DNA of 64,000 nt from positions 8,681 through 72,680 of the forward strand of contig DATLBS010000016.1 of assembly GCA_035526765.1 (NCBI GenBank). The letters are read 5' to 3'. The position numbers and the translations under genes are program-made. Positions 26,918-36,404 of this stretch are shown here, piece by piece. A model generated the notes under the pieces. That model did no database searches, had not been told where the DNA came from, and worked only from the letters and a program-made list of their open reading frames with translations. This DNA comes from Thermoplasmatota archaeon. Its GTDB lineage: Archaea; Thermoplasmatota; E2; JACPAO01; JAHFTW01. Each line of letters opens with the position of its first letter. Position 1 is the stretch's first letter.

Positions 26918-28393
26918 TTAAGGTGCAGGGTCCGCGTGGGGTGTGGCGTCCATCCCGGCCACGATCGTGAAGGCGCTGCCCCTGCCGTCGTTCCAAGCCG
27001 CGAACAGGGTGCCATCGACGCTGGCCAATGAGGCCGTCGGGAAGGTCTCGAAGGCCAGTGTGGTCCAGGCCTTGGCGAACTTCGAGTTCCTCGCGGCATA
27101 GTCTGGCGCCTCCTGCAGCAGATGCGCGGGCCCGGTCTCAAGGCCGGGTCCGAGCCGGAAAGCGACCGCGCAGTAGTCGACCTGGGGATGCCCGTCGGGG
27201 GCCATGGCGTTGCAGCGAACGTCCGCCAGCACCGTGAAACCGGTCGCATCCGCGGTGACTGCCAGCGGGTCGTCGCCCCACGAGCCGCGGTCCGCGCTGC
27301 TGGTGCCTTGGTCCAGCTCCCGCAGGAGTGCCACCTTGTCCCAGGCCGTGCCCTGCCTGGTCCAGTTGCGGCCGCCGTCGGTGGATTCTAGGAGCCGCAG
27401 GTCGGTGCAGCCGCCGCCATAACCGATCGCAGCCCCGATGGCGAGGACGTGGGGGCCATCGGAGGCCAGCGTGAAGAAGGTGCAATCCGTCAGGATCGAA
27501 CCGATCGGCTCGGGCCCGTCGCTGCCGAGCTCCAGAATGGTCATGGCGACGGGGACGGTGTTGGCGAAGCTTTCGCCTGAGCCCCGGCCGCAGGCGATGT
27601 GCAGCCGGCCTTCCCATTCCTGGACGTTGGAGGGGTACCAACAGGCGTGGTCCGCCGCCTGCCGCCAAGGATGGCCTGGCCCAAGGTGCCCCTCCGGGTC
27701 TTGCCGTTCGAAGGTCACGCCGGCCAGCAAACGCGACTCAAGGACCAGCCAGGCGACGGCAAGCGTCCCGTCGCGCGCCATCCCAGCACGCAGGTTGAAG
27801 ATGTCGTCCGCCTCCGCGATGGCTTCGGGCGCGGACCAGGCAACGCCGTCGGGGCTGGTCGCGTGCAGCACCCATTCGTATCCCCTCGCCATGGAGGGCA
27901 CTTCGAGGCCCAGGATGCTTCCGGCGGGCGCGCTGGTGGCGAGGAAGGCCAGATAGACGAGGTGGAAGGGGCCGGTGTCCGCGCGCAGGATGGCCGGGAA
28001 ACCGAAGTTGACCACGCCGGGATTGGTCGGGGGCAGCCAGGTGGGAAGCACGGTTGCGGCTCCCATGGTGCCATCGGGTCGCAGCTCGGCAAGGGTGATG
28101 GCCGCAAGGTTCCCGGGCGCCTCCAGCGGGGCGGCGGCATCCCGGGCCACCCGCGCGACGAGGGTCTTTCCCCCACTGTGGTGGACCGCCACGTCGCCGT
28201 CCATGGATTGGGGGGCTGCCATGGGGGAGTAGCAGGCCTGTGTCGGCGATTGGCGGGAGCCCGGAGGGCACGCGAAGGACCAGGCCGGTGGCACGATGGC
28301 CTCCCCGGGTGCGCCGGCGGGCGGCAGGGCCCCTGGGGGGTGCGCGCAGCCTGCCAGCAAGAGCGCCAGCAACACGGGGGTCCAGGTGCGCAC
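26918..28393 (-). CDS. lipoprotein with BNR/Asp-box-like repeats (second copy of this class), GTG start
   Basis: Start VRTWTPVLLALLLAGCAHPP (lipobox LAGC). Contains STDGGRNWT. The upstream part of track ORF 26918..28954 overlaps serS and is rejected. Confidence 0.6.
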   Translation of the reverse strand: MRTWTPVLLALLLAGCAHPPGALPPAGAPGEAIVPPAWSFACPPGSRQSPTQACYSPMAAPQSMDGDVAVHHSGGKTLVARVARDAAAPLEAPGNLAAITLAELRPDGTMGAATVLPTWLPPTNPGVVNFGFPAILRADTGPFHLVYLAFLATSAPAGSILGLEVPSMARGYEWVLHATSPDGVAWSAPEAIAEADDIFNLRAGMARDGTLAVAWLVLESRLLAGVTFERQDPEGHLGPGHPWRQAADHACWYPSNVQEWEGRLHIACGRGSGESFANTVPVAMTILELGSDGPEPIGSILTDCTFFTLASDGPHVLAIGAAIGYGGGCTDLRLLESTDGGRNWTRQGTAWDKVALLRELDQGTSSADRGSWGDDPLAVTADATGFTVLADVRCNAMAPDGHPQVDYCAVAFRLGPGLETGPAHLLQEAPDYAARNSKFAKAWTTLAFETFPTASLASVDGTLFAAWNDGRGSAFTIVAGMDATPHADPAP

Positions 28394-28443
28394 GCGTCCG
28401 CACGGCCTTCCGGGTTTAGAAGCCGTTTCGCACACTCGTTGGC

Positions 28444-29760
28444 CTATGCCGGCGCTGGGCGCATGTGGGTCTTGCCTGCCATGTAGGGGCGCAGGGCCTC
28501 GGGGATGGTGACGGAGCCGTCCTCGTCCTGGAAGTTCTCCAGGATGGCCACAAGGGTGCGCTGGACGGCGATGGCGGTCGAGTTGAGGGTGTGCACGAAC
28601 TCGGTGGGGTCGCCGGGGTTCTTGCGGCTGCGGGTGTTGTAGCGGCGCGCCTGGAAGTCGGTGCAGTTCGAGCAGGAGACCACTTCGCGGTAGGCGCCCT
28701 GCACGGGCATCCAGGCCTCGATGTCGTACTTCTTGGCGGCGATGCTGCCGAGGTCGCCGGTGCAGATGTTGACGACGCGGTACGGGATCTTGAGGGCCTT
28801 GAACAGCTCCTCCGCGTTGGCGATGAGCTCTTCGTGGATGCGCCAGGAGTCCTCGGGGCGGCAGTACACGAACTGCTCGACCTTCGAGAACTGGTGCACC
28901 CGGAAGATGCCCTTCGTGTCCTTGCCATGCGCGCCCGCCTCCTTGCGGAAACAAGGCGAGACGCCAGCGTACCTGAGGGGAAGCTGGGAGTCGGACAGGA
29001 GTTCCCCCATGTGCATGGCGGCGATGGGGTGCTCGGAGGTCGCGATGAGGTAGAGGTCGGGCTGCTTGCCCTTGCCGTCGTCGCCGGCCCCCTCGCCCTG
29101 CACCTTGTAGATGACGGACTCGAAGTCCGCCAGGTCCACGGCGCCCTCGACGGCCTCGCGGCGCAGCATGTAGGGAGGGTCGATGGCGGTGAAGCCCTTG
29201 GCGGCCAGCGCGTGCAGCGCGAAGAACTCAAGCGCGCGCCCCAGCAGCACGAGGTCGCCTTTCATGTAGGCGAAGCGGGCGCCGGCGGCGCGGGCGGCGC
29301 GCTCGAGGTCCGCGAGGTCAAGGCTCTCGAGCAGGTCGACGTGGCTCCTGGCGGGGAAGGCGTGCCGTGGGGTGCCCCCCCAGGCGCGCACCTGCTGGTT
29401 CTCGGAATCGTCCTTGCCGACGGGCACCGAGGGGTGCATGAGGTTGGGGATGGAGCGCAACAACGCGTCGCGCTGTCTCTCCGCCGCAGGCACGTCCGAT
29501 TCCAGGCGCTTGAGCTCCTCGCCCACGGCGGCCATGCGCTCGAGGACCGGCTTGGCGTCGCCGCCGGCCTTCTTGGCCTCGGCGATCATCTTGCCGGACT
29601 TGTTGCGCTCGGCGCGCAGCTCCTCCATCCGCTTGAGGCCGTCCCGCCAAACCTGGTCGAGGCGGCGCACCTCGTCCACGACGCCGGCGTCGCGCCCGCG
29701 TTTGGCAAGGTCGGCGCGCACCACGTCTGGTGTCTCCCGGAGCAGCCGGATGTCGAGCAT
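28444..29760 (-). CDS. serS: seryl-tRNA synthetase
   Basis: N-terminal coiled coil and class II aaRS motifs (FRKEAGAHGKDTKGIFRVHQF, TLNSTAIAVQRTL). Confidence 0.9.
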   Translation of the reverse strand: MLDIRLLRETPDVVRADLAKRGRDAGVVDEVRRLDQVWRDGLKRMEELRAERNKSGKMIAEAKKAGGDAKPVLERMAAVGEELKRLESDVPAAERQRDALLRSIPNLMHPSVPVGKDDSENQQVRAWGGTPRHAFPARSHVDLLESLDLADLERAARAAGARFAYMKGDLVLLGRALEFFALHALAAKGFTAIDPPYMLRREAVEGAVDLADFESVIYKVQGEGAGDDGKGKQPDLYLIATSEHPIAAMHMGELLSDSQLPLRYAGVSPCFRKEAGAHGKDTKGIFRVHQFSKVEQFVYCRPEDSWRIHEELIANAEELFKALKIPYRVVNICTGDLGSIAAKKYDIEAWMPVQGAYREVVSCSNCTDFQARRYNTRSRKNPGDPTEFVHTLNSTAIAVQRTLVAILENFQDEDGSVTIPEALRPYMAGKTHMRPAPA

Positions 29761-29803
29761 CTACGCGGCGCACCCTGGGACGGTCCTTGACCCCTTCGGC
29801 GGC

Positions 29804-30442
29804 TCACTCGGCCGCGGAATGGCGCTCATGCCGCGCGTACATCCAGAGGATGAGCCCGGCCAGGAGAGGGACGAAGACGAGGAACGCCAGGGACGCCAGC
29901 AGGGGCCGGGCGGGCCCCAGGGCCAGGGGGAACATGTAGGCGGCGCTCACGAACGCGAGGGCCAGCAGGGCGATGCCGAGGCCCTCCAGCAGGAAGAGGG
30001 TGGTGCGGCGGCGCTCCATGGCGGCGCTGGGGACCTTTGGCTTGCGCAGGAACGTCGAGTAGGGGCTGCAGACGGTGCAGGTGCCTTCCGGGATGCGCCA
30101 GGGGGGAAGGAGGCGCTGGCAGCGGAAGCAGGTCGTCGGGCCCGTGGGCGGGAGGATGGGGTTCTGGCCCGGGTTGAGGGGGCGGGGCTGCTCCTCCGCG
30201 AGGTGGCGGGGGGGCGGCGACACGGCCGGCTGCAGCGCGGACCAGGCGATGGTGGCCACCAGTCCCACGCCCAGGAGGGTGTAGATGAGCCAGAACAGGA
30301 AACCGAGGGAGCGGAAGGCCTCGTAGAGGAAGAAGTCCTTCGCGAAGTAGCCAAGGAGGGCGACCGTGAACCACACGACGCCGACCACGATGGCGACGAT
30401 GCGGCGCGCCATGCGGGGGGGTGCCGCAGCCGGGACTGCCAT
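29804..30442 (-). CDS. membrane protein with a Cys4 zinc-ribbon-like loop, hypothetical
   Basis: 4 TM helices. CFRCQ...CTVCSPY lies between TM2 and TM3. Confidence 0.5.
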   Translation of the reverse strand: MAVPAAAPPRMARRIVAIVVGVVWFTVALLGYFAKDFFLYEAFRSLGFLFWLIYTLLGVGLVATIAWSALQPAVSPPPRHLAEEQPRPLNPGQNPILPPTGPTTCFRCQRLLPPWRIPEGTCTVCSPYSTFLRKPKVPSAAMERRRTTLFLLEGLGIALLALAFVSAAYMFPLALGPARPLLASLAFLVFVPLLAGLILWMYARHERHSAAE

Positions 30443-30696
30443 GCGGTCCCACGGGGCGGTTGGGCCTTAACGGCTCTCTTTCGGTCCCGACCCGCCCGGC
30501 CGCGCCGCGCGCAGGCACTCCAGCACGTCGTCGGCGGAGCGGAGCAGGCCTCCGGCACCGAGGGCGGACAGGCGGACGACCAGGTGGCTTCCGTGCGCGT
30601 CGATGGGCGCCATCGCGGGGTCGTCGACGCGCAGGGCCGCGGCCATCACGCGCGCCTCCTCCGGAGTGCCGCAGTCGATGCGCATCTCGCAGCGGA

Positions 30697-32235
30697 TCAT
30701 GGCCCCGCCCCGAGGAATCCCTGTCGCGCCAGGTCCGCGTCGAGGGCGGCCAGGAACGGTTCGACGGAGCCCTCCTGGACGACCGCGCCCGCCGCGACGG
30801 GGTGGCCGCCGCCCTCCGCGCCCACGGCACGCGCGGCGGCAAGGCAAGCGGCGCCGAGGTCCAGCCCGGCGGCGACCTGGGCGTGGGTGCCGCGCGTGGA
30901 GACCTGCACGAGGCCATCGGGGCGCCGGGCCAGCATGCACAGGGGCAGCCGGGGCTCGACGACGTGGACCATGCCGATGCCAGCCACCATGCCTGTGTGG
31001 TCCGGGTTGGCGGTCCACGCGACCTGCACGGCGTTGCGGGCCTGCGTGCCCTCCTCGCGCAGGGCGGCAAGGCCCGCCTGCAGGGCCGCCTTGTAGGAGG
31101 TGAAGAGGGCCTGGGCCTCGGAGGCGGCGGCGGGGTCGCCCATGAGGTAGGCCAGCGCGGTGGCGGCGGCGCCTCCGCGGCCGCAGGCATCGACGGTGCG
31201 GAAGACCTGCCGGAGGCTCCTGCCCAGGCGGGCGTTGAAGTCCATGGGCGCAAGGAGCACGTCGTGCGGGGGCGGCGTGGATCCTGCAGCGAGGTGGGCC
31301 GCCACGAGGGCGGACACGAGGCGGGTGCGGCCTTCCTCGTCCAGCTCGTCGACTTCGGCGTCCGGGTCGACGCCGGCCGCAAGCAGGAAGGCGCGGGCCT
31401 GCTCGGGCGTCTGGGCGCCGGGCACGGGAGGCCCTGCGTGCCGGATGGCTTGGGCGAGGTCGAGGCCGAACAGGGGCGGCATGGGCACCACGCGGAGGTG
31501 GCCGGCCGCGCGGCAGCGGTCCAGCAGCTCGCGGTTCCAGCCCTGCCAGCCGCCCATGTGCTGCCAGTCGCCGACTGCCCCGGAGAGGGCGATGGGGCCC
31601 CAGGCCAGGGCGGGCTCGCCGCAGAGCGCAAGGGCGAGCGCGGCGGCGGAGGTGGCGGCGGAGGCATCGCGGGAGCCGTCGAGCCCTTCGGCGCGCGGGT
31701 TCAGGAGGGTGACCGTCGGGTGGGGGGCATCGGGGGGGAGGTTGTGGTGGTCGACCACTAGGACGGGGCGCTGCGGTGCGGCAAGCTCGCTGAAGAGGGC
31801 CAGGTGGCTGGTGCCCTTGTCGAGGAGGATGAGGCCGTCCCATGGCTCCCCGAAGAGGGTGCGGTAATGCGACTCGGTCTTGTCGCGGGAGGCCCGGATG
31901 GTGAAGCGGTGTCCCGTGCGGAGGAGGGCCTGGGCGGCGACGGCGGCGGCGCACAGGCCGTCGGCATCATTGTCGCAGGCGAGGAACCAGTGGGTGCCGC
32001 GGGGCATGCCGCGAATGACGGCGGCGGCGCGGGCGGCAGCGGCCTGGAACCTCGCGGTGCTCACGTCCTCCCTGAAGTCAGGGGGCGCATGAGGGCTTCG
32101 GCCCCGACGGAACGAACGCCGGGTCGGATTTTCCAGGCGAGGCCAATGGGGATGGACGCCAGGCGTCGACCATCGGTCCGTCGTAAAACCGCAACCAGTA
32201 AACACCCCTGTGGCGCCGACGCCGTCGTCCAGCAT
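30697..32235 (-). CDS. DHH/DHHA1 phosphoesterase (archaeal RecJ/Cdc45-like nuclease)
   Basis: Internal ATG (MLDDGV..). FLACDNDADGLCAA, VVDHHNLPPD (DHH), and a C-terminal DHHA1 region with GGGH. Confidence 0.7.
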   Translation of the reverse strand: MLDDGVGATGVFTGCGFTTDRWSTPGVHPHWPRLENPTRRSFRRGRSPHAPPDFREDVSTARFQAAAARAAAVIRGMPRGTHWFLACDNDADGLCAAAVAAQALLRTGHRFTIRASRDKTESHYRTLFGEPWDGLILLDKGTSHLALFSELAAPQRPVLVVDHHNLPPDAPHPTVTLLNPRAEGLDGSRDASAATSAAALALALCGEPALAWGPIALSGAVGDWQHMGGWQGWNRELLDRCRAAGHLRVVPMPPLFGLDLAQAIRHAGPPVPGAQTPEQARAFLLAAGVDPDAEVDELDEEGRTRLVSALVAAHLAAGSTPPPHDVLLAPMDFNARLGRSLRQVFRTVDACGRGGAAATALAYLMGDPAAASEAQALFTSYKAALQAGLAALREEGTQARNAVQVAWTANPDHTGMVAGIGMVHVVEPRLPLCMLARRPDGLVQVSTRGTHAQVAAGLDLGAACLAAARAVGAEGGGHPVAAGAVVQEGSVEPFLAALDADLARQGFLGAGP

Positions 32236-32394
32236 GACGAGTTGGTATCGCGAGCGATGGAATGGGGCGCGCCGAGGCGCGCCCGCCGCACCGCGGGACT
32301 CGCGGAACCACCTTTGTGGCCCATATTCCGCGCGCTCCGCGGTCTTCGCGGTAGTCGGGGTCGTGCGCTCCGCGCACCAAAGAACAACTTTTCT

Positions 32395-32500
32395 GGGGCT
32401 GGACGCCCCCACCGTCACATGGTGTTGGGCGGTCAATGATCCAGAATTGAACGCGGAGCGCCCGACAATCAAGAATCGAGCGTCGAGCGGCCGACAACCG
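32395..32500 (+). repeat. intergenic repeat family, copy B
   Basis: CTGGGGCTGGACGCCCCCACCGTCACATGGTGTTGGGCGGTCAATGATCCAGAATTGAACGCGGAGCGCCCGACAATCAAGAATCGAGCG... Confidence 0.6.
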
Positions 32501-32604
32501 GGAACCTGGACTACCTACTACCCAACAACACGCTGGCGTTAGTGGCAACGACCAACCAGAACGGGAGAAGGAAGGGAAAAGGGATGCAGGCGGACCTGCG
32601 CCGA

Positions 32605-32640
32605 CATTAGTCGACCAGCAGCCGCGCGCCGCCGCGATGG
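32605..32640 (-). repeat. perfect 29-30 bp duplicate of the rps15 3' end (last 9 codons then TAA), about 100 bp downstream of the gene
   Basis: agtcgaccagcagccgcgcgccgccgcga occurs at about 32609 and again at the true gene end at about 32711. Confidence 0.6.
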
Positions 32641-32707
32641 ACAGCCCGGGCTGCGCCCAGGCCTTGCACTCGCGCCGACGCGGGGGGCGTCCGCTCCTTC
32701 GCTGCGC

Positions 32708-33139
32708 TCAGTCGACCAGCAGCCGCGCGCCGCCGCGAGTGTAGTTCCAGTCCGCAGGCAGTTCGCCGCGGGACTGGTAGTACTTGGCAAGGCCGCGGAT
32801 GCGGGACTCCATGAGCTCGAGGCCGCGCATGTTGTGCAGGTCGCGCGTGTTGGCCTGGAGGTGCTCCTGCAGGTGGATGGAGCGCTGCACGAGGTTCTGC
32901 AGGTCCTGGGGGAGCTTGCCGGAGACGCCGGCGTCCTTCATGATCTGGGCGATCTTCTTGCCCGTCAGCTCGTGGACGGACGGGATGCCGTACGAGTCGC
33001 GCAGGATGAGGCCGATCATGGCGGGCTGCTTGCCTTCCTTGGCAAGCTCGACGACCTTGGACTCCGCCTCGCGGGGGAGCATGGGCACCCAGGAGGGCGC
33101 GGCGTCGCGGACGGGCTTGGAGCTGGCGTGGCGGGACAT
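32708..33139 (-). CDS. rps15: ribosomal protein uS15 (S13e-type)
   Basis: Internal ATG MSRHASSKPV. The C-terminal domain reads LQEHLQANTRDLHNMRGLELMESRIRGLAKYY. Confidence 0.85.
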   Translation of the reverse strand: MSRHASSKPVRDAAPSWVPMLPREAESKVVELAKEGKQPAMIGLILRDSYGIPSVHELTGKKIAQIMKDAGVSGKLPQDLQNLVQRSIHLQEHLQANTRDLHNMRGLELMESRIRGLAKYYQSRGELPADWNYTRGGARLLVD

Positions 33140-33272
33140 GGGATTCCTTGAACCTTGGACGTGCACGGTGGCGTCAGTGACGAGCGCCAGGATGCCTGTC
33201 CAGGTCGCTCCACAGGCAGGCCCTATTTAGCCCCGGCGGCTGCCCTTGCCTCGCCCTGGTTGCGCCTGCCAG

Positions 33273-33755
33273 CTACTCATCGGGCGGCGATGGTTTCGGG
33301 CGCAACGCCAGGCCTGCCCGCGCCGCAACGGGGGGGTTGCGCCGGAGGAACGCCAGGATGCTGCGCACGAGGCTGGCGTACCCGGAGGCCGTCGAGGGCT
33401 TCATGAAGTAGCCCGTGGCCTGCGCCAGCAGCGCCTCCCGCTCGTCGTCCGGGTCCTCCGAGGCGGTCAGCACCACGACGGGCCAGCCGTCGAAGTGGCG
33501 GCTCTGGCGGATGCGGTCCACCAGTTCGATGCCGGAGGCGCCCGGCAGGCCGACGTCGATGAGGGCGAAGTCCGGCCAGTCCGCGGAGGACTGGTGCTTC
33601 ATGCGGTCCAGCACACCCCACGCGCGCTCCGCGTCGCCGTACACCTCGAGGCGCGCCGGCACGCCTGCGGCCTCGAACGCATGGGCCAGCAGGCGCTGGT
33701 GCACGACGCTGTCCTCCACCACGAGCACCAGGAGTTCGACCATGCGCTGGCCCAC
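33273..33755 (-). CDS. stand-alone response regulator receiver (CheY-like) protein
   Basis: LVLVVEDSVVHQRLL...ALIDVGLPGASG...VVVLTASED...YFMKP. No output domain. Confidence 0.7.
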   Translation of the reverse strand: MGQRMVELLVLVVEDSVVHQRLLAHAFEAAGVPARLEVYGDAERAWGVLDRMKHQSSADWPDFALIDVGLPGASGIELVDRIRQSRHFDGWPVVVLTASEDPDDEREALLAQATGYFMKPSTASGYASLVRSILAFLRRNPPVAARAGLALRPKPSPPDE

Positions 33756-33829
33756 CGCCGCGTGGCCTTATAGGCCCTGCCGAGGGGGCCGCCGTCTCGG
33801 CTTAAGGGGGACCGCGCGTCGCCCCTGGT

Positions 33830-34774
33830 GTGGCAGGCAGGAGCGACGCCCCAGGGTGGGTGGGCCTCGTCCTGGGCGTGGGCCTGGTCTGGGGCCTCAC
33901 GTACGCCCTTTACCCTGTGGGATTGCGGTCCGTGGGCCCCCTGTGGCTGGCGGCGCTGCGCTTCGACACGTTCTGCGCGGGCGCCTTCGTGGCGTGCTGG
34001 GCCGTCGATGGTGGGGTGCGCATCCCCGCGACGTGGCGCGACGCCGCCGCCATCGCCACGTATGCCGGCCTCAACATCGTCCTGCACAACCTCGCCACGA
34101 TCGGCGGGTCCGCGCACGTCCCCGTGGCCGTCCTGGGCATCCTCGCGGGGCTCACGCCGCTCTTGACCGCCGCCCTGTCGCCGCTGGTGCTGCCGCAGGC
34201 CCGGCCATCCCTGCGCCTCGTCGCAGGGCTCCTGGCCGGCTTCGGCGGCGTCGCCGTCCTGACCCTCGCGCGCCCCGGCCCCCTCGACGTCACGGTGTCC
34301 GCATGGACCTTCGTCGTGTTCCTCGGCTTCCTTGCCTGGGCCCTCGGCTCCGTGCTGGTCAAGGCCGCGGCCTCCCCCATGCCCTCCCTGTCGGTCGGGT
34401 TCTGGGCGGCCCTCGTGGCCGTGGCCATCCTGCAGCCGCTGGCCCTAGGGTTGGAGCCGGCGCCGCGTGTTTCGCTCCCCTTGGCAGGCGTCGTCCTCTT
34501 CATCGCGCTCGTGGGCGGCATCGGCGGGTTCCTGGGCTGGATGCGCCTCGTGCGCGGCTTCGGCCCCGCGCACGCAAGCCTCGCGAGCCTCGTGTCGCCG
34601 GCGGTCGCGAGCGTCGCGGCCGCGGCGCTGCTGGGCCAGCCGCTCGGTTGGGCGCACCTCGTGGCCTACGTCCTGGTGGGCCTAGGATTGGTGGCGGCCG
34701 TCCGCGAACTGGCGCACGGCGCGGTCCGCAAGGAGCCTGCGCCTGCACCGGGCGAGGCCGTTGAGATGACCTAG
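33830..34774 (+). CDS. EamA/DMT-superfamily transporter
   Basis: Ten predicted TM helices in two EamA-like halves. Confidence 0.7.
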   Translation: MAGRSDAPGWVGLVLGVGLVWGLTYALYPVGLRSVGPLWLAALRFDTFCAGAFVACWAVDGGVRIPATWRDAAAIATYAGLNIVLHNLATIGGSAHVPVAVLGILAGLTPLLTAALSPLVLPQARPSLRLVAGLLAGFGGVAVLTLARPGPLDVTVSAWTFVVFLGFLAWALGSVLVKAAASPMPSLSVGFWAALVAVAILQPLALGLEPAPRVSLPLAGVVLFIALVGGIGGFLGWMRLVRGFGPAHASLASLVSPAVASVAAAALLGQPLGWAHLVAYVLVGLGLVAAVRELAHGAVRKEPAPAPGEAVEMT

Positions 34775-34962
34775 GTCAGCCCGATGGGCAGGCAGGTCGG
34801 CATCTGCTGGCTGAAGTGGAAGCAGAACAAGGAACCGTTCCAGCAGGGCTGTGTCACGGCGCTGCAGGTGTGGACCAGGGGGTCCGGCTGGGCGGCCGCA
34901 GTGCCGGAGAATCCGACGAAGGCGATGGTGAGGACGAGGCAGGTCAGCAGCAGGGCACGCAT
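34771..34962 (-). CDS. candidate small secreted Cys-rich peptide (63 aa)
   Basis: MRALLLTCLVLTIAFVGFSGTAAA | QPDPLVHTCSAVTQPCWNGSLFCFHFSQQMPTCLPIGLT. A signal peptide precedes a 4-Cys mature region. Lies downstream of and co-oriented with the PAS-UbiA gene. Confidence 0.35.
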   Translation of the reverse strand: MRALLLTCLVLTIAFVGFSGTAAAQPDPLVHTCSAVTQPCWNGSLFCFHFSQQMPTCLPIGLT

Positions 34963-35027
34963 GGTGGGACCGCCCAGGCATTTTCCGTCGCGGATTTCAG
35001 CCTTGGCCCATGCACCCGTCCTGCGGG

Positions 35028-36404
35028 CTACGCGAGCCAGACCAGGCCCGCGGCCAGGAGGCAGCCGGCGAAGAAGTGCGCCGCGATGGTGCTGGCGCAG
35101 CCCTTGATGAGGGCGCGGTCGCCGTAGTGCCGGACCGCCATGTAGCCAGCGAAGCCCGCGATGGGAAGGGCCAGCAGCGCCAGGAGGGCCCCGCGGGGCA
35201 GCAGGTGGGTCACCGTGACCTCGACGACGACCGCGGCGAAGGCGGCCGCCACGATGGCGACGTAGCCCCAGCGCGCGTTCTTCGTGCCCAGGGTGGCGAC
35301 GAGGTGGTTCTTGCCGGTGGCCCGGTCGCTGGGGGCGTCGGGGAACTCGTTGATCCACAGGATGGCGAGGGTCAGCAGCCCGATGGGGATGCCCAGCAGG
35401 AAGGAGTCCCAGCCGACGTGGCCCGAGATGCCGTAGACGGCGCCCGCGGTCATGAGGGGCCCGAAGTTGAGGAAGGAGCTGAGCTCGCCCAGGCCGCGGC
35501 GGGCGGCCAGTCGGACCGGCGGCGCCGTGTAGAAGAACCCCATGAGGGCGCCGGCGGCACCGAAGGCGAGGACCAGGGGGCGGCCGAGGACGACGAGGAC
35601 GCCGGCGATGGCCAGCGCGGCGACGATGGCGGCGGTGCCCACCAGGAAGGTGCCCTTCGGGGTGATGAGCCCGAGCTCGATGGCGCGCGAGCCTCCGGTG
35701 AACGGCAGGAAGTAGTCGTTGTTGGCCTCGTCCGTGCCCGACTTGACGTCGAAGTAGTCGTTGAAGACGTTGGCCGCGAGGTGCAGCGCGATGCCGCCCA
35801 GCATGACGAGGGTGAACAGCAGCCAGGGGAACGGGTCCGGGGTGTAGCCCTTCCATGCGGCGAAGGCGGCCGCGACCAGGATGGGCACGAGGGTGGCGGT
35901 CAGGAAGGGCAGGCGCCCGATGACGACGCCCTTGAAGATGCGGGTGCCCAGGGTGGTCTTGGGCATGATGGTGGCCGGGTCGACGCCGGGCAGTTCGGTG
36001 GTGTAGCCGCAGTAGCCCGTCTGGACGCCCGAGGCCTTGCCGCCCTTGTAGGTGGGCGTGATGCGGGCGTGCGCGGCGAACCGCGTGCCGTCCTTGCGGA
36101 CGAAGACGGTGTCGCCCTCGAAGGCGCCCTTCGTGCGGGCCTCCTTGAGCCAGCGCGGGACGTGGCCCAGGACGACCTCGCCAGGGCTGAACAGGCTCAC
36201 GCGCTTCTTCCCAACGACCTCCTCGGCCGTGTACTGGAAGATCTGGTGGGCGCCGTCGTTGAAGGTCTCGATGCGGCCCTCCATGTCGCAGGTGATGACG
36301 GAGACGGGGGCCTTGGCGGCCGGCTTGGCGGTCTCGATGGAGACCTGGGGGGCGGGCGCCTTGCGGGCTGGCCTTGCGGCACGGGTGGGGGTGGCCTTCG
36401 GCAT
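35028..36404 (-). CDS. N-terminal PAS domain fused to a UbiA-superfamily prenyltransferase (MenA-like, 1,4-dihydroxy-2-naphthoate polyprenyltransferase-type motif)
   Basis: Internal ATG MPKATPT. PAS segment VITCDMEGRIETFNDGAHQIFQYTAEEVVGKKRVSLFSP...FVRKDGTRFAAHARITP. Then 8-9 TM helices with NVFNDYFDVKSGTDEANN (NDxxDxxxxxD, as in MenA NDYGDAVKGSD). Confidence 0.7.
   Translation of the reverse strand: MPKATPTRAARPARKAPAPQVSIETAKPAAKAPVSVITCDMEGRIETFNDGAHQIFQYTAEEVVGKKRVSLFSPGEVVLGHVPRWLKEARTKGAFEGDTVFVRKDGTRFAAHARITPTYKGGKASGVQTGYCGYTTELPGVDPATIMPKTTLGTRIFKGVVIGRLPFLTATLVPILVAAAFAAWKGYTPDPFPWLLFTLVMLGGIALHLAANVFNDYFDVKSGTDEANNDYFLPFTGGSRAIELGLITPKGTFLVGTAAIVAALAIAGVLVVLGRPLVLAFGAAGALMGFFYTAPPVRLAARRGLGELSSFLNFGPLMTAGAVYGISGHVGWDSFLLGIPIGLLTLAILWINEFPDAPSDRATGKNHLVATLGTKNARWGYVAIVAAAFAAVVVEVTVTHLLPRGALLALLALPIAGFAGYMAVRHYGDRALIKGCASTIAAHFFAGCLLAAGLVWLA

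Noticed and set aside
32210-32542. Short ORFs across intergenic repeat copies B and D encoding similar peptides (LDAP..T.CW..NDPE.NAERPT.KN)
   Set aside because: The similarity comes from nucleotide-level repeat conservation. Copies A and C carry indels that destroy the frame, so a conserved peptide is unlikely.
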